From contig NC_043024.1 of NCBI RefSeq assembly GCF_006345805.1, positions 2,480,001-2,544,000 of the forward strand: DNA of 64,000 nucleotides. The letters run 5' to 3'. The notes beneath the pieces were generated by a model, which searched no databases, was not told the DNA's origin, and worked only from the letters and a program-made list of their open reading frames with translations. Positions within the stretch are counted from its first letter, which is position 1; every line of letters begins with the position of its first letter. This document shows positions 10,790-23,941 of the stretch, piece after piece. This DNA comes from Octopus sinensis. Taxonomy: Eukaryota. A program made the position numbers and the translations under genes.

Positions 10790-13602
10790 CATCATCATCA
10801 TCATCATCATCACCGTTTAACGTCCGTTCTCCATGCTAGCATGGGTTGGATGGTTCGACCGGGGATCTGGGAAGCCAGTAGGCTGTACCAGGCTGCAGTC
10901 TTATCTGGCAACGTTTCTACAGCTGGATGCCCTTCCTAACGCCAACCACTCCATGAGTGTAGTGGGTGCTTTTTACGTGCCACCTGCACAGGTGCCAGGT
11001 GAGGCTGGCAACGGCCACGGCCGGATTGGTGTATTTTACGTGCCACCGGCACGGAAGCCACTCGAAACGGCGCTGGCATCGGCCACGAGTCGGATAGTGC
11101 TTTTTACGTACCACCAGACCAGGGATCCTGGCTGGTTCAATTCGATTTCGATTTCGCTTGCCCCAACATGTCTTCGCAAGCAAAGGAGGGTTGGCATGGG
11201 TGCCTGTCGTCGGATGAGGTTCTATATCGACTTCGCTTGCCTCAACAGGTCTTTGTGTCCAAGGGAGGAAAGGCATTCATAAGTGGGCTGGGCTCACTTG
11301 TCCTGCCTGGTCTTCTCACGTACAGCATATTTCCATAGGTCTCGGTCGCTGGTTATTTCCTCAGTGAGGCCTAAAGTTCAAAGGTCGTGCTTTACTACCT
11401 CGTCCCAGGTATTCCTGGGTCTACCTCTTCCACGGGTTCCCTCAACTGCTAGGGATTGGCACTTTCTCACACACCTATCTTCATCCATTCTCGCCACATG
11501 TCCATACCAGCGCAATCGTCTCTCTTGCACACCACAACTGATGCTTCTTAGGTACAACATTTCTCTCAAGGTACTAACGCTCTGTCGAGTATGTACACTG
11601 ACGTTACACATCCATCGGAGCATAGTGGCTTCATTCCTCACAAGCTTACGCATGTCTTCAGCAGTCACGGCCCATGTTTCACTGCCATGTAGCATGGCTG
11701 TTCGTACACATGCATCATACAGTCTGCCTTTTACTCTGAGCGAGAGGCCTTTAGTCACCAGCAGAGGTAAGAGCTCCCTAAACTTTGCCCAGGCTATTCT
11801 TATTCTAGCAGTTACACTTTCAGGGCACCCACCCCAACTCCTGACTTGGTCACCTAGATAACGGAAGCTATCAACTACTTCTAGTTTTTCCCGCTGGAAA
11901 GTGACGGAAGTTGTTTTCTGCAGATTTTCGGAGGTTAATGCTCCCAAGCATCTGCCACATACAAAAACTATCTTCCCAGTTAGCCTACCTTTGACATTGC
12001 TGCACCCCTTATGTGTCCATAGCTTACACTGGGTACATCTTATAGAGTTTCTACCTACACCTTTTCTACAGATCGAGCAGGGCCATCTTCCTGAAGACAT
12101 TTGTGGATTGTCTACCTTCCTACTTATTAGTACTTTGGTTTTAGCTAGGTTGACTCTAAGGCCCCTCGATTCTAAACCCTCCTTCCACACCTGGAACTTC
12201 TCCTCCAGTTCTGATAGTGACTCAGCAATTAGAGCAAGGTCGTCAGCATAGAGGAGCTCCCAGGGGCAACCTGTCTTGAATTCCTCCGTAATTGCCTGGA
12301 GGACTATGATAAATAGGAGGGGGCTGAGTACTGAACCCTGGTGGACCCCAACCTCTACTTTGGTTATATCCAACACTGCCAGATGTTTTGAGCATCTCTG
12401 CAGTAATTCCTGATGGGCCTGGGGCTTTCCCTGTCTTCATGCTTCTAATTGCCTTAGCTACCACGGAACTATCAACTCGGATAGCTGGTCCCTCTGTTGG
12501 GTCAACATTCGGCAGACTCTCTTTATCCCATTCATTTTCTTGTCAACGAAAGCCAGGTACAGGGGCTTATCTTTGGCTAGGTATTTCTCCTGCAGCTGCC
12601 TTACCAGGAATATAGCATCAGTGGTACTTTTCCCTGGCGCGAACCCAAACTGCATCTCATTTAAACTAACTCTCTCTCTAATTAGGTGGGCTATGACCCT
12701 CTCCATTACCTTCATTACCTGATCCAACAGCTTGATACCTCTGTAATTATTTGTATCTAGGGCATCACCTTTACCTTTGTAGCAGTTGACTAGTATGCTG
12801 CTACACCAGTCATTGGGTATGACTCCTTCAGGTATCACCTGGTTGACTATACGGGTGACTAGGTTATATCCAACACTGCCAGATGTTTTGAGCATCTCTG
12901 CAGTAATTCCTGATGGGCCTGGGGCTTTCCCTGTCTTCATGCTTCTAATTGCCTTAGCTACCACGGAACTATCAACTCGGATAGCTGGTCCCTCTGTTGG
13001 GTCAACATTCGGCAGACTCTCTTTATCCCATTCATTTTCTTTATTCAGCAACCTTTCATAGTGGCATCTCCAAACCTCTCTCTTTGCATCCTCATTTAGC
13101 GCAAGTGAACCATCATCCATGCGAACACACTTCTCTCCTACCACATCACGATTCTCTCTCACACACTGTCTTGCAACATGAAATACCTCAAGTCTTTCAT
13201 CCTCATGGCTCACAACATTGGCAAATTTTTTCTTATCTGCTTCCCCTCTGGCTAAATAAACATGTCTCCTAGCTTCCCTTCTGGCTGTCTGATACAATTC
13301 CCTGCTACCACCGTTCTTCCAGTCCCTCCAAGCCTGTTTCTTTTGTCTAATAGCCCTGTCCACCACATTGTTCCACCACCACGTTACTCTGGGTCGAGAC
13401 GGGACTTTGCTCCATCCACAGATCTGGTCAGTGGCTGTCAGCAGATTGTCCCGTAGAAATCTCCAGTTGTCTTCCACATTAAGTGAAGCTATATCCCCTT
13501 CTATTTCGTCAAAGGCTTCGAGTAGTATGTCTCTAAATCTCTGTCCATTTGCAGGATCTTTAAGCTTCCAGACCCTTCTCCTATAAGCTGGTCTTCTGGG
13601 CA
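10790..13602 (-). mobile_element. 5'-truncated, internally rearranged RTE-clade LINE (reverse transcriptase)
   Basis: ORFs 12458-13717 and 11378-12376 carry KAPGPSG, NYRGIKLL, QFGF..GKSTTDAIF, GVHQGSVLSPLLF and LLYADDL. It has an (ATG)n tail and sits in a (TA)n tract. Confidence 0.95.
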
Positions 13603-13723
13603 ATATATATATATATTGGTAAAACGGTAAGATAACAAAAGAAAGGAAGAAAGAGACCTCAATATTATGTAAATAGAGGAAATTTTTATCTATAAAATAA
13701 TATGTTACATTACTCAATAGTCA

Positions 13724-13796
13724 AGATAAAACTCTGAGTTTCAGATGCCGAAGTGGAAATCCACAACACCATCTCTTCGGTTATCTGGCTATCTGA
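13724..13796 (-). ncRNA. Hammerhead-like variant (copies ~26362-26434 and ~37816-37888)
   Basis: Reverse complement reads AGATAA CCGAAGA GATG..CATC T GAAA CTC-A-GAG TT TTATCT: 6-bp stem I, non-canonical core (U4C and an extra U). Confidence 0.4.
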
Positions 13797-14640
13797 AAAA
13801 ACGCTATGAAAAAATACCGTTATATAAAGGGAAATTACTGTATTATAATTCTGCGCGCGAAAACCCACGTGCGTACTTATACGTCACTATGGAAACGTAC
13901 ACATCTTCACTCACATTTTTCGCCAAATATATACGCATATATATACAACCTCACACACACACATGCGTACCGTAAAAGTTCATACATACGTCTATATACG
14001 CACAAACACAAGAAAAACCATGGTTAAAGGTAACAGAAAAAAATATAATAAGGAAGTATACAAAGCATAAAAACCACGTTCATATACGGACAGGCCCCTA
14101 TGCACTCATACACACACACACGCCCATATATGTACATACCCGCACATATTTATATACGCATACATACACACGCATATACAAAAAATGAATATATATATGC
14201 CCCCCCCCCCACAAAAAAATGGAAAAATACTAAGTAAAAACGTCTATATATATATATGTGCATTCTTATGCCCGCACACACATATATATACATGTATAGA
14301 CATATATATGCACATACACACACACAAAGTTGGCGATTACAAAGGAATTTCACAAGAATCATATATATAGTGGAAGCCGCTTATTGTGATCATTTCCCTA
14401 CAGCATTGGCCGACACCTAACAGATGACGTTAAACAAATATAAAGTCTGAACCAATTAATTTTGATAACAATAAGCGGCTGATAACATTATCCGTTATTC
14501 CGATTGACCGCCACTCCATTCCTGCCCAGCCTACATCAATACACAACAAACTAGGGCATTTCTATAAATCGCAGTATTTGCTATACAACGTCTTCAATCA
14601 GATCGTATTCCTCTCCAATATATATACATATATATATAAT

Positions 14641-14750
14641 AACTTACCCCTGATGCTTAATAAATAAATAAATATTTATTTACTTTCGATTTCGTCTCCA
14701 AAGAATTGAGGAAACGTGACAGGCCGGAAGTAAGGTGCGTCATGTGACTT
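14641..14750 (-). promoter_or_regulatory. Putative ZNF promoter, short non-coding exon 1 and splice donor (copy A)
   Basis: Donor gg|GTAAGT on the minus strand at 14641-14648, ETS site CCGGAAGT at 14724-14731, TGCGTCA and E-box-like TCATGTGAC at 14736-14748. Conserved in all three duplicates. Confidence 0.55.
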
Positions 14751-14864
14751 AGACTCTTTAATATATGAAACCACAAAGAGTGCTGCTGACACAAAAGTGA
14801 AACTAAGAAGGAAGGGGGAACGTAATATTGTTGTTGACTATCACCATGGTTACTGTCTAAGCGG

Positions 14865-15393
14865 AAGGCGCATGGCTCGGTGGTTAGCGCATCGGGCTAT
14901 CAATCGCGAGTTAGTGAGTTCGATTCCCTGGATCTTTTCGTTTTGACTGGCAGATTTTTAAAATAATTTCTTTGTAACTAAACACTTTTAAACTTAAGTA
15001 CCAGTTACGCACTGGGGTCGATGTAATCAACTTAATCCCTTTGTCTGTCCTTGTCTGTTCCCTCCTATCTTTTCGGTTTGAACAGCAGTTTTTAACATAA
15101 TTTCTAGGTAACTAAACACTTTTAAACTTCGTGTAATGGTAGAATTTGTTACATAAAACATCTTTTTCTCTTGGCTTTCTTGAGAAAATTCTGTAGTTTG
15201 TAAGCTACAATTATTGTTGTTGATAAACTACGGCAGATATTGTTATCACCTCAATAGACGTCATTGATTGGTTGAAATTGCCGAAATGCAAGAGATTAAA
15301 CAACAAATAGCTTACAAGCTACAGAATTTTCTCAAGAAATCCAAGAGAAAAAGATGTTTTATAAATACATTCTACCAGTATACGAAGTTTAAA
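14865..15393 (+). mobile_element. tRNA-SINE head interrupted by a palindromic MITE (copy at 27528-28056)
   Basis: ggcgcatggctcggtggttag..gttcgattccct is followed by ggatcttt.. Internal inverted repeat ~15120-15208 / 15309-15393. Confidence 0.6.
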
Positions 15394-15479
15394 GAATAAG
15401 TCCTTGGGTCGATTTGATCGACTAAAGGCGGTGCTCCAGCATGGCCACAGTCACATGACTGAAACAAGTAAAAGAGTAA

Positions 15480-15574
15480 AGAGAGATAGATAGATAAACA
15501 GGTAGATAGATAGGTCGGTAGATAGATAGGTATGTAGGTAGGCAGATAGATAAATAGACAGACAGATAAGATAG

Positions 15575-15637
<63 letters not shown>

Positions 15638-15660
15638 TAGATGGATAGACAGATAGAAGC
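15480..15660. repeat. (GATA)n/(GA)n/(GACA)n compound microsatellite (longer paralog at 28145-28420)
   Basis: Directly visible. Confidence 0.95.
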
Positions 15661-15861
15661 AGTTCTTCCTTCGAAAAGGACGATTCTTTTCTTCAGCTTT
15701 AAAGCTTCCAACATGAATGTTGGTGGTGGTGGCCATGTTTATAGCAGTAAGGGTTGTCTTTACTTGTTTGTATCTTCTAAGGCCAGACTGGCAGGTTTCT
15801 GTGTGCGTTCAAGCGGAACAACTTCCTTTTCAGACAGATAGATAGACAAATAGATAGATAG

Positions 15862-16742
15862 GGTACTACTTGGGAACAGTGGTCCCGGTGCGCGCACTCA
15901 CGCTGGCTAGTCGTGACTAGTCGATACTACGACTAGCTAGCAAAGTAAATACTACACAAAATATTTCTTTTTACACAAAGTAAATAATTTTTGTTGAAGA
16001 TATAGAGCTAATCCCATGAGGGCGAAGCTACCCAGAGAGGAGTTTGACGGAGATGATAGAGGAACTGTGGTGCAAGACGAAAGGTTTGATAGATTTGTGG
16101 ATACATTCGGTGGATCGGTAAGTCTGGTGGACAGGATATAGTTGCGTGATGCTCCGCCATCAGCAGGGAGTATTAAGAACTAACAAGAATGGTGATATAA
16201 ATAGTATAAAAAAAAAAGATGACGGGGATGTGAACATTTTGGTCAAAAAATTGGGAAAAACCGTAAAAAAAAAAATGTAATCACTCGACTTCAAGTTCGA
16301 GTGGTCGTTGCGCTCCATTTTCATCATTCTTTCATAATTTCATTCGTTTCTTTTCTTTTTCTTCTTTACTCAATTTCGTTTTTGTAATTTTTAGTTCCCC
16401 GTGTTTGTTTTGTATTGTCTTTTTGTATTGTAAGGCACTTTTATGTAGCCTGTATGGGTAATAAAAAATGAGGTCAGTTGGTGATGAAATTTGCTCGAGT
16501 TAGTCAATTGTGACCACGGTGTGATTGAGAAAGGTTGTCTTTTTTGAGACTGTTGAGTATATTGTTATTTTTACTGTTAAAATTTGTTGTTGAAGCGATC
16601 GTGCGTGATTTTGTTTGGAGTTGTTGTTTTTTGCTATTTTCTCTCTAAAACGCAAAAACACAAAGTAAGAATCGACTAGTCATGACTAGCTAGCGCGGAT
16701 GCACGAGTGCGCGCACCGGATTCACTCTTCTCAAGTAGTACC
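15862..16742. mobile_element. Non-autonomous DNA transposon with imperfect ~65-bp TIRs and GG termini
   Basis: GGTACTACTTGGGAACAGTGGTCCCGGTGCGCGCACTC pairs with GAGTGCGCGCACCGGATTCACTCTTCTCAAGTAGTACC. Flanks are gatagatag/gatagaaag. Only the right end is kept in copy B (28962-29113). Confidence 0.75.
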
Positions 16743-17659
16743 GATAGAAAGACAGACAGAGATAGATAGACATATATAGATAAATAGACAGACGAATAGA
16801 TGGATAAACGGATGGATGGATGGATAGATAGACAGGCACAGATATGCTATAGAAATAAACTTTGACGTACGCACCTTGAAGTTTTCCAGTGTTAAAACTT
16901 TCTTTGGAAGTTGCACGTCATCTTCAGCAGGTGCTTCGTGTGTGTGTAGGCAGAGTACGGCCGAATGGTCAAGAAGATTCCTTAACAACCACGAGGTCCC
17001 TCGTTCTGTCCTACTGCGAGACACTTTGGGCAAATAACACTTTCTGCAGTGTCCAGTTGACCTGAATGAAATCGGACAGAGGGGAAAGTGCTGAACCCAG
17101 GAATTCCAAAGAGGTCAGCTTCGGGTCGCAGAGGTTCTTGTATGATTCCAGCGGAATCCTCGAAGACTAACGGGAATTCCGGAGCAGGGGATTCAGTTGG
17201 TCTTACACCTGAATCCTCATCGGCGAACGACGGGGATCCACGATGTATGAAAATGTCTGTTTAGGTAGAGACGGAAATGGTGAGGATATTAAGAAATGGT
17301 TAATAGCAAAATGTGGGAAAGAAAAAAATTGGAATGGGCAGTGAAAAGGAAAACGAAACAGTGAAAGAAATTATATAACTTTGTTTAAGTAATTTTTTTT
17401 AGTCCTTCCTTTTTTCTGAGTTGTGCGTTAGATATGAAATTAAATATGAAATCATTCGTATCTAATTCCGGTCTCCTAATAATTATCAGTTATAAAGTGG
17501 ATTTGATCAAGGAATAAAGATTTGTATGAAACTATAGCAGGAAATAAACGGAATTTGCAAGACTGAACGGTTAATGGACGAGGGGAAGTAACTCTTCCTT
17601 CAACAAAAGTCCTCAATATTTTTATATAGCTTCGGGTTTAAATGACAATTAATTAATTC

Positions 17660-18232
17660 AACAAATTGTTAGAAAGGATCACAAAAAGTACAGCCCCAAA
17701 ATTACTGCAGGGCTTAATGCCCGCCTCCAGAACCCAGTTTCCACAAAACCTTTTTGCTGGGAGCTGCACAAAGCCAGATTTCAAGGGAGGGCTGCAATCA
17801 GAAAACCACTACTTTGAAAAACAAACGTTGCAAAGCGTTTAGAGTGGAGTAAAAACCTACAGAAATGATCCCTAGAGCAGTGGAAGAATGTTATTTTCTA
17901 GGAGGAGTCATCCATTACCTTATTTCCGACCACCGGCCGAGTATACGTGTGAAGAGAGCCAAAAGAACCATTTGACCCAGACTGCCTTCTTCCAACTGTT
18001 AAACAGGGAGGAGGATCTGTAATGATCTGGGGAGCTATATCTTGGATATCTGCCAGCCCAATGGTTTTCCTTCATGGCAGAATTAATAGTCAAGACTATT
18101 TAAGCATTTTATCTGATCAAATTCATCCTATGGTAGGGGAACTGTTTCCAGAGGGAAACGCCAGCTTTCAGGATGATAATGTACCAATTCACACAGCTAA
18201 AGTCGTCACTGAATGGCACGAGGAACATTCAT
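17660..18232 (+). mobile_element. Tc1-family transposase remnant
   Basis: Same degenerate transposase as 1010-1585, with the same internal stops. Confidence 0.9.
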
Positions 18233-18443
18233 CAACCGTTTCAAAGTAAACATTAGTCCTTGCTCTTTTGAACACAATAACTTCTGGTATTTCATATACA
18301 GCAGATCTTTCCTTCTCCTATGTTTCCGACAAAGAGCTCCGCTCGAAACGTGAAACCCTCCTTCTTTTCTGAGCGTCAAATAATACTATATTTGTTCCAC
18401 GTCTTCGCGTTGTTGTGCTTTTTTTATGCTTTCTTGTTTGGAT

Positions 18444-18483
<40 letters not shown>

Positions 18484-18790
18484 ACCGATCGTGGCCACTG
18501 CGAGACTCCCCTTGCACCTGTGCTAGTGGCATTTAAAAAACACCCACTACACTTGCGGAGTGGTTGGCGTTAGGAAGGGAAACCAGCTGTAGAAACACTG
18601 CCAGATCAGACTGGGCCTGGTGCAGCCTCCTGGCTTCCCAGACCCCGTTCGAACCGTCCAACCCGTGCTAGCACGGAAAACGGATATTAGACGATGATCA
18701 TGATGATGATATATATACAAATTAAAATCCAGGAAACAGAGAAGTAGCATTAATATAGTTTATTCACTGCAAAAATTCAACATGTACACT

Positions 18791-18861
18791 TACAGCTGTT
18801 TCGATTTTGCTCAAAAGAAATTCCAATAATTAAAACATTTAATTGGGCAAAATCTCATCAG
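18791..18861 (-). ncRNA. Type I hammerhead ribozyme motif (paralog of 378-450)
   Basis: Reverse complement reads CTGATGA GATTTTGC..GCAAAATC GAAA CAGCTG TA. Confidence 0.75.
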
Positions 18862-19642
18862 AAATTAAATTAAAGAAAAGACTATTGTCTATAAATTATA
18901 CAACGTAGAGAAAAAAGAAGAGCTAACAATTCTAGTCTGTTATATATTTTGAATATTGTTATCACTAGCGATATCAAGATATAACTTTGTATTTTGCATT
19001 TTATGTGTAGATGTATATAGATAGATATACATGTAATATGTACACATATATACATGCACTAGCACTATGACCCGGCAACGACGGGTCTTTAATGCTAGTT
19101 GGTAAATAAATGGTAGATAGTGAGTTATATTTCTCACTATAATTATTTTATAATGTATCGATTTAATTATTTTCTAATTTATCTATATCAGTTCAATCAA
19201 TTTCTTTAACAAAGTTATAAATGTGATCACGTTGTTCTCTCATTCATATGATACTATTTTTACTATAACTCACTAATCTAACATTTATTTAATGCGGTTT
19301 CGATTCTCAGACCGGGCGTTGTGTGTGTTTATTGAGCGAAAACACCTAAAGCTCCACGAGGCTCCGGCAGGGGGTGGTGGCGATCTCTGCTGTACTCTTT
19401 CTTCCTGCTTCTTGAGTAATGCTGCTATGGACTGGCATCCTGTCCAGCTGGTGGTGTAACACATATCCCACAGAAACCGGGCCCATGAGCCTGGCTAGAT
19501 TTGTAAAGGGCGCATAAATAAATAAAAATAATAAATATACTGGCATTTAATAAAACTGTGTAAGAGAATAATTTACCACAACTCAATTGCAAGAAGCACT
19601 TCCATCAAGTTAAGCTATTTATTCGAGAGAATGATTTAATAG

Positions 19643-20010
19643 AGGTGCAGGAGTGGCTGTGTGGTAAGTAGCTTGCTAACCAACCACATGCTTCCGGGTT
19701 CAGTCACACTGAGTGGCATCTTGGGCAAGTGTCTTCTGCTGTAGCCCCGGGCTGACCAAAGCCTTGTGAGTGGATTTGGTAGACGGAAACTGAAATAAAC
19801 CTGTCGTATATATGTGTCTGTGTTTGTCCTCCTAGCATTGCTTGACAACCAATGCTGGTGTGTTTACGTCCCCATCATTTAGCGGTTCGGCAAAAGAAAC
19901 CGATAGAATAAGTATTGGGCTTACAAAGAATAAGTCCTGCGGTCGATTTGCTCGACTAAAGGTGGTGCTCCAGCATGGCCGCAGTCAAATGACTGAAACA
20001 AGTAAAAGTG
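19643..20010 (+). mobile_element. tRNA-derived SINE (third family); copies at 32344-32742, 62117-62440, 62503-62851(-), partial 63160-63395
   Basis: A box tggctgtgtgg, B box ggttcagtc, body ttgggcaagtgtcttct.., 3' end gctccagcatggccgcagtcaaatgactgaaacaagtaaaag. Confidence 0.85.
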
Positions 20011-20045
20011 AGAGAGAGAGAGAGAGTAATAGAATTATCACAGTG

Positions 20046-20704
<659 letters not shown>

Positions 20705-22234
20705 CTAAGTTTTCTCTCCTGTGTGAATGTATTTGTGTTTAGTTAGGTTTTGATCCTGAGAGACTGATTTACCACAGATATCACACTGATAAGGTTTCTC
20801 TCCTGTGTGAATGTATTTGTGAGTAGTTAAGTGGGGATTCTGAGAGAATGATTTACCACATATATCACAATGATAAGGTTTCTCTCCTGTGTGAATGTAT
20901 TTGTGTTTAGTTAAGTGGTGATTCTGAGAGAATGATTTACCACAGATATCACAATGATAAGGTTTCTCTCCTGTATGAATGTATTTGTGTTTAGTTAAGT
21001 GCTGATTATGAGAGAATGATTTACCACATATATCACAATGATAAGGTTTCTCTCCTGTGTGAATGTATTTGTGTTTAGTTAAGTTTTGATTTTGAGAGAA
21101 TGATTTACCACAGATATCACAATGATAAGGTTTCTCTCCTGTATGAATACGTTTGTGTTTAGCTAAGTGATGATTTAAAGAGAATGATTTACCACAGATA
21201 TCACACTGATATGGTTTCTCTCCTGTGTGAATGTATTTGTGAGCAGTTAAGTGGTGATTTTGAGAGAATGATTTACCACAGATATCACAGTGATAAGGTT
21301 TCTCTCCTGTGTGAATGTATTTGTGAGTAGTTAAGTGGTGATTTTGAGAGAATGATTCTCCACAGGTATCACAATGATATGGTTTCTCTCCTGTATGAAT
21401 ACGTTTGTGAGTGGTTAGGTCACTATTTCCAGGGAATGATTTACCACAGATATCACAATGATATGGTTTCTCTCCCGTATGAATACGTTTGTGTTTACTC
21501 AAGTAGGAACTTTGAGAAAAAGATTTACCGCAAATATTACAGAGATAGGGTTTCTCACCTGTATGAATGCGCTTATGAGTAATTAAATGATGATTCTGAG
21601 AGAATGATTTACCACAGATATCACAATGATACGGTTTCTCTCCTGTGTGAATGTATTTGTGAGCAGTTAAGTGGTGATTTTGAGAGAATGATTTACCACA
21701 GATATCACACTGATATGGTTTCTCTCCTGTATGAATACGTTTGTGAGTGGTTAGGTCGCTATTTCTAGAGTATGATTTACCACAGATATCACACTGATAT
21801 GGTTTCTCTCCTGTATGAATACGTTTGTGAGTGGTTAGGTCGCTATTTCCAGAGAATGATTTACCACAGATATCGCAATGATGTGACTTAACCACAATGT
21901 GGATGCATTTGTGAATAGCTAAGCTATGATTCTGAGAGAATGATTTACCACAGGTGTTACAGCGATACGGCTCGACACCTGCGTGAATGTGTTTATGTGT
22001 GGTCAAACGAACCTTTTCAGAGAATGATTTACCACAGATGTCACAGCGATAGAGATCCTCTCCTGCATGGAAACATTTGTGAATCGTCTGTTCATCTTTG
22101 AGAAAGAAGGACTTGTTGCAGACATCACAGTGAAATGATGTTTTCCCTTCTTCTTCTGTTTCATCTTCAGTAAAATCAATCCTTAACGACTGTGTATTAC
22201 AATTAACCTCGTTATCACGTAATTCATTTTCCAT
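20705..22234 (-). CDS. C2H2 zinc-finger protein, acidic N-terminus plus 17 fingers (ZNF-B; C-terminally truncated)
   Basis: 509-aa ATG-initiated ORF. The TAG arises within a damaged linker (GEKT*CDIC). Confidence 0.85.
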   Translation of the reverse strand: MENELRDNEVNCNTQSLRIDFTEDETEEEGKTSFHCDVCNKSFFLKDEQTIHKCFHAGEDLYRCDICGKSFSEKVRLTTHKHIHAGVEPYRCNTCGKSFSQNHSLAIHKCIHIVVKSHHCDICGKSFSGNSDLTTHKRIHTGEKPYQCDICGKSYSRNSDLTTHKRIHTGEKPYQCDICGKSFSQNHHLTAHKYIHTGEKPYHCDICGKSFSQNHHLITHKRIHTGEKPYLCNICGKSFSQSSYLSKHKRIHTGEKPYHCDICGKSFPGNSDLTTHKRIHTGEKPYHCDTCGESFSQNHHLTTHKYIHTGEKPYHCDICGKSFSQNHHLTAHKYIHTGEKPYQCDICGKSFSLNHHLAKHKRIHTGEKPYHCDICGKSFSQNQNLTKHKYIHTGEKPYHCDICGKSFSHNQHLTKHKYIHTGEKPYHCDICGKSFSQNHHLTKHKYIHTGEKPYHCDICGKSFSQNPHLTTHKYIHTGEKPYQCDICGKSVSQDQNLTKHKYIHTGEKT

Positions 22235-23907
22235 TTTTTTTCTCCTCTCACCACAAAGTCCAAATGTTTTTCTTTTTTTTCTTCTTTTTTTTTATATTCT
22301 ATTCCCCAGTTATTTCTGTTGCTTGAAATGCTTAGCGGTATTTCGTCTGTCTTTTTGTTCTGAGTTCAAATTCCACCGAGGTCAACTTTGCCTTTCATCC
22401 TTTCAGGGTCAATAAATAACGTACCAGTTCCACACTGGGGTTGATATAATCAACTTAATCCCTTTGTCTGTCCTTGTTTGTCCCCTCTATGTTTAGCCCC
22501 CTAGTGGGCAATAAAGAAATATATATTTCCATCAACTGTAATCATTGTCAATACCTGAGGTGGCTGCCAATTCCTTTGTCAATCCAGGTTTAATCAGAAT
22601 ACATGATTGGTTTTCTTGCACCCATTCCATGCAGTAAAGTACAGAAATGCTGTTAATAATCACACACCCAAAGAAAATCTTTTACAATTCTATAATCGAT
22701 TTATATAAACAGGGTTATATTTCTTCTGTGTAGCATCTTAGTTTCATCTTAAAGAATATATCATATATATTGATGATGTGTTCGATGTAAAATCTTCTAT
22801 TATGCTAAATATCCTCTCTGATACTCTGAAATAAAAAAGAAATAATATGAGATATAGAATATACTTGAAAAGTAAAGATTAAATAATGAAAATTTTATTA
22901 CGTTTTTATACTGATAAACTGGAGATATAAACGTTTAGCTGGCCAAATAAATGTTAACACGTCAGTCTGACAAACAAACAAGGAGATTATAAGGTAGTCG
23001 TGGGATGTGCTAAAAATAATAGCTAAATAGCTCTTAAATCACGCAGCAATTTTTAAAATTTCGTTTAGGTTTTTGCACAATCCTATGAATTACAAATTCG
23101 CAAGAGTTTTCTAAAAATTCCCAAAAGTTTTGAACCAACAAAGAATTTATAATTTACATCTGCTGTTTGTTTGTTGAGCGAAGCGGTCTTCGTCCCAGAG
23201 CTCGCAAGAGGGAAGAAGTCGGAAACGTGGTCCTTTGCTATTCGTAAGACCTGCAGAAGAGAAAGCAGGTCAGCCCCCCTCCCCACCCGACACCGAGAGC
23301 ATCGACAGATAAATGAATGGGCATCCAGGCTCGGCGGTTGCGTAGGAAGTCGGGGGACAAGAAACAGGAAGAAAGAGTGAGAGAAAGTTGGGGCGAAAGA
23401 GTACAACAGGGGTCACCACAACCCTCTGCTGGAGCATCGTGGAGCATTAGGTGTTTTCCCTCAATAAACACACACAACACCCAGTCCGGGAATCAAAACC
23501 GCAATCCTCCGAACGCGAGTCCGCTGCCCTAACCACTGGGCCATTGCGCCTCCAATTACATCTGTTTTATATGAAATACCAGAAGTTATCGTGTTAAAAA
23601 GAGCAAGGACTAACGTTTACTTTGAAACGGTTGATGATGATGATGATGATATATATATATATATATATATATTTACTACCCACAAAGGGATAAACATAGA
23701 GGGGACAAACAAGGACAGACATAGGGATTAAGTCGATTACATTGACCCCAGTGCATAACTGGTACTTAATTTATCGACCCTGAAAGTTGAAAGGCAAAGT
23801 TGACCACAGTGGAGTGTGAACTCATAACGTAAAGACACATGCATTTCGCCTGTCATGCTAATGTTGCTGCCAGCTCGCCACCTTCATATATATATATATA
23901 TATTTGC

Positions 23908-23940
<33 letters not shown>

Positions 23941-23941
<1 letters not shown>

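Noticed and set aside
10551-10939. YI/HT/LSIY-rich short ORFs (also 14150-14370, 15422-15736, 28086-28502, 36826-37316, 38179-38523)
   Set aside because: Translations of (TA)n, (CA)n and (GATA)n microsatellites.
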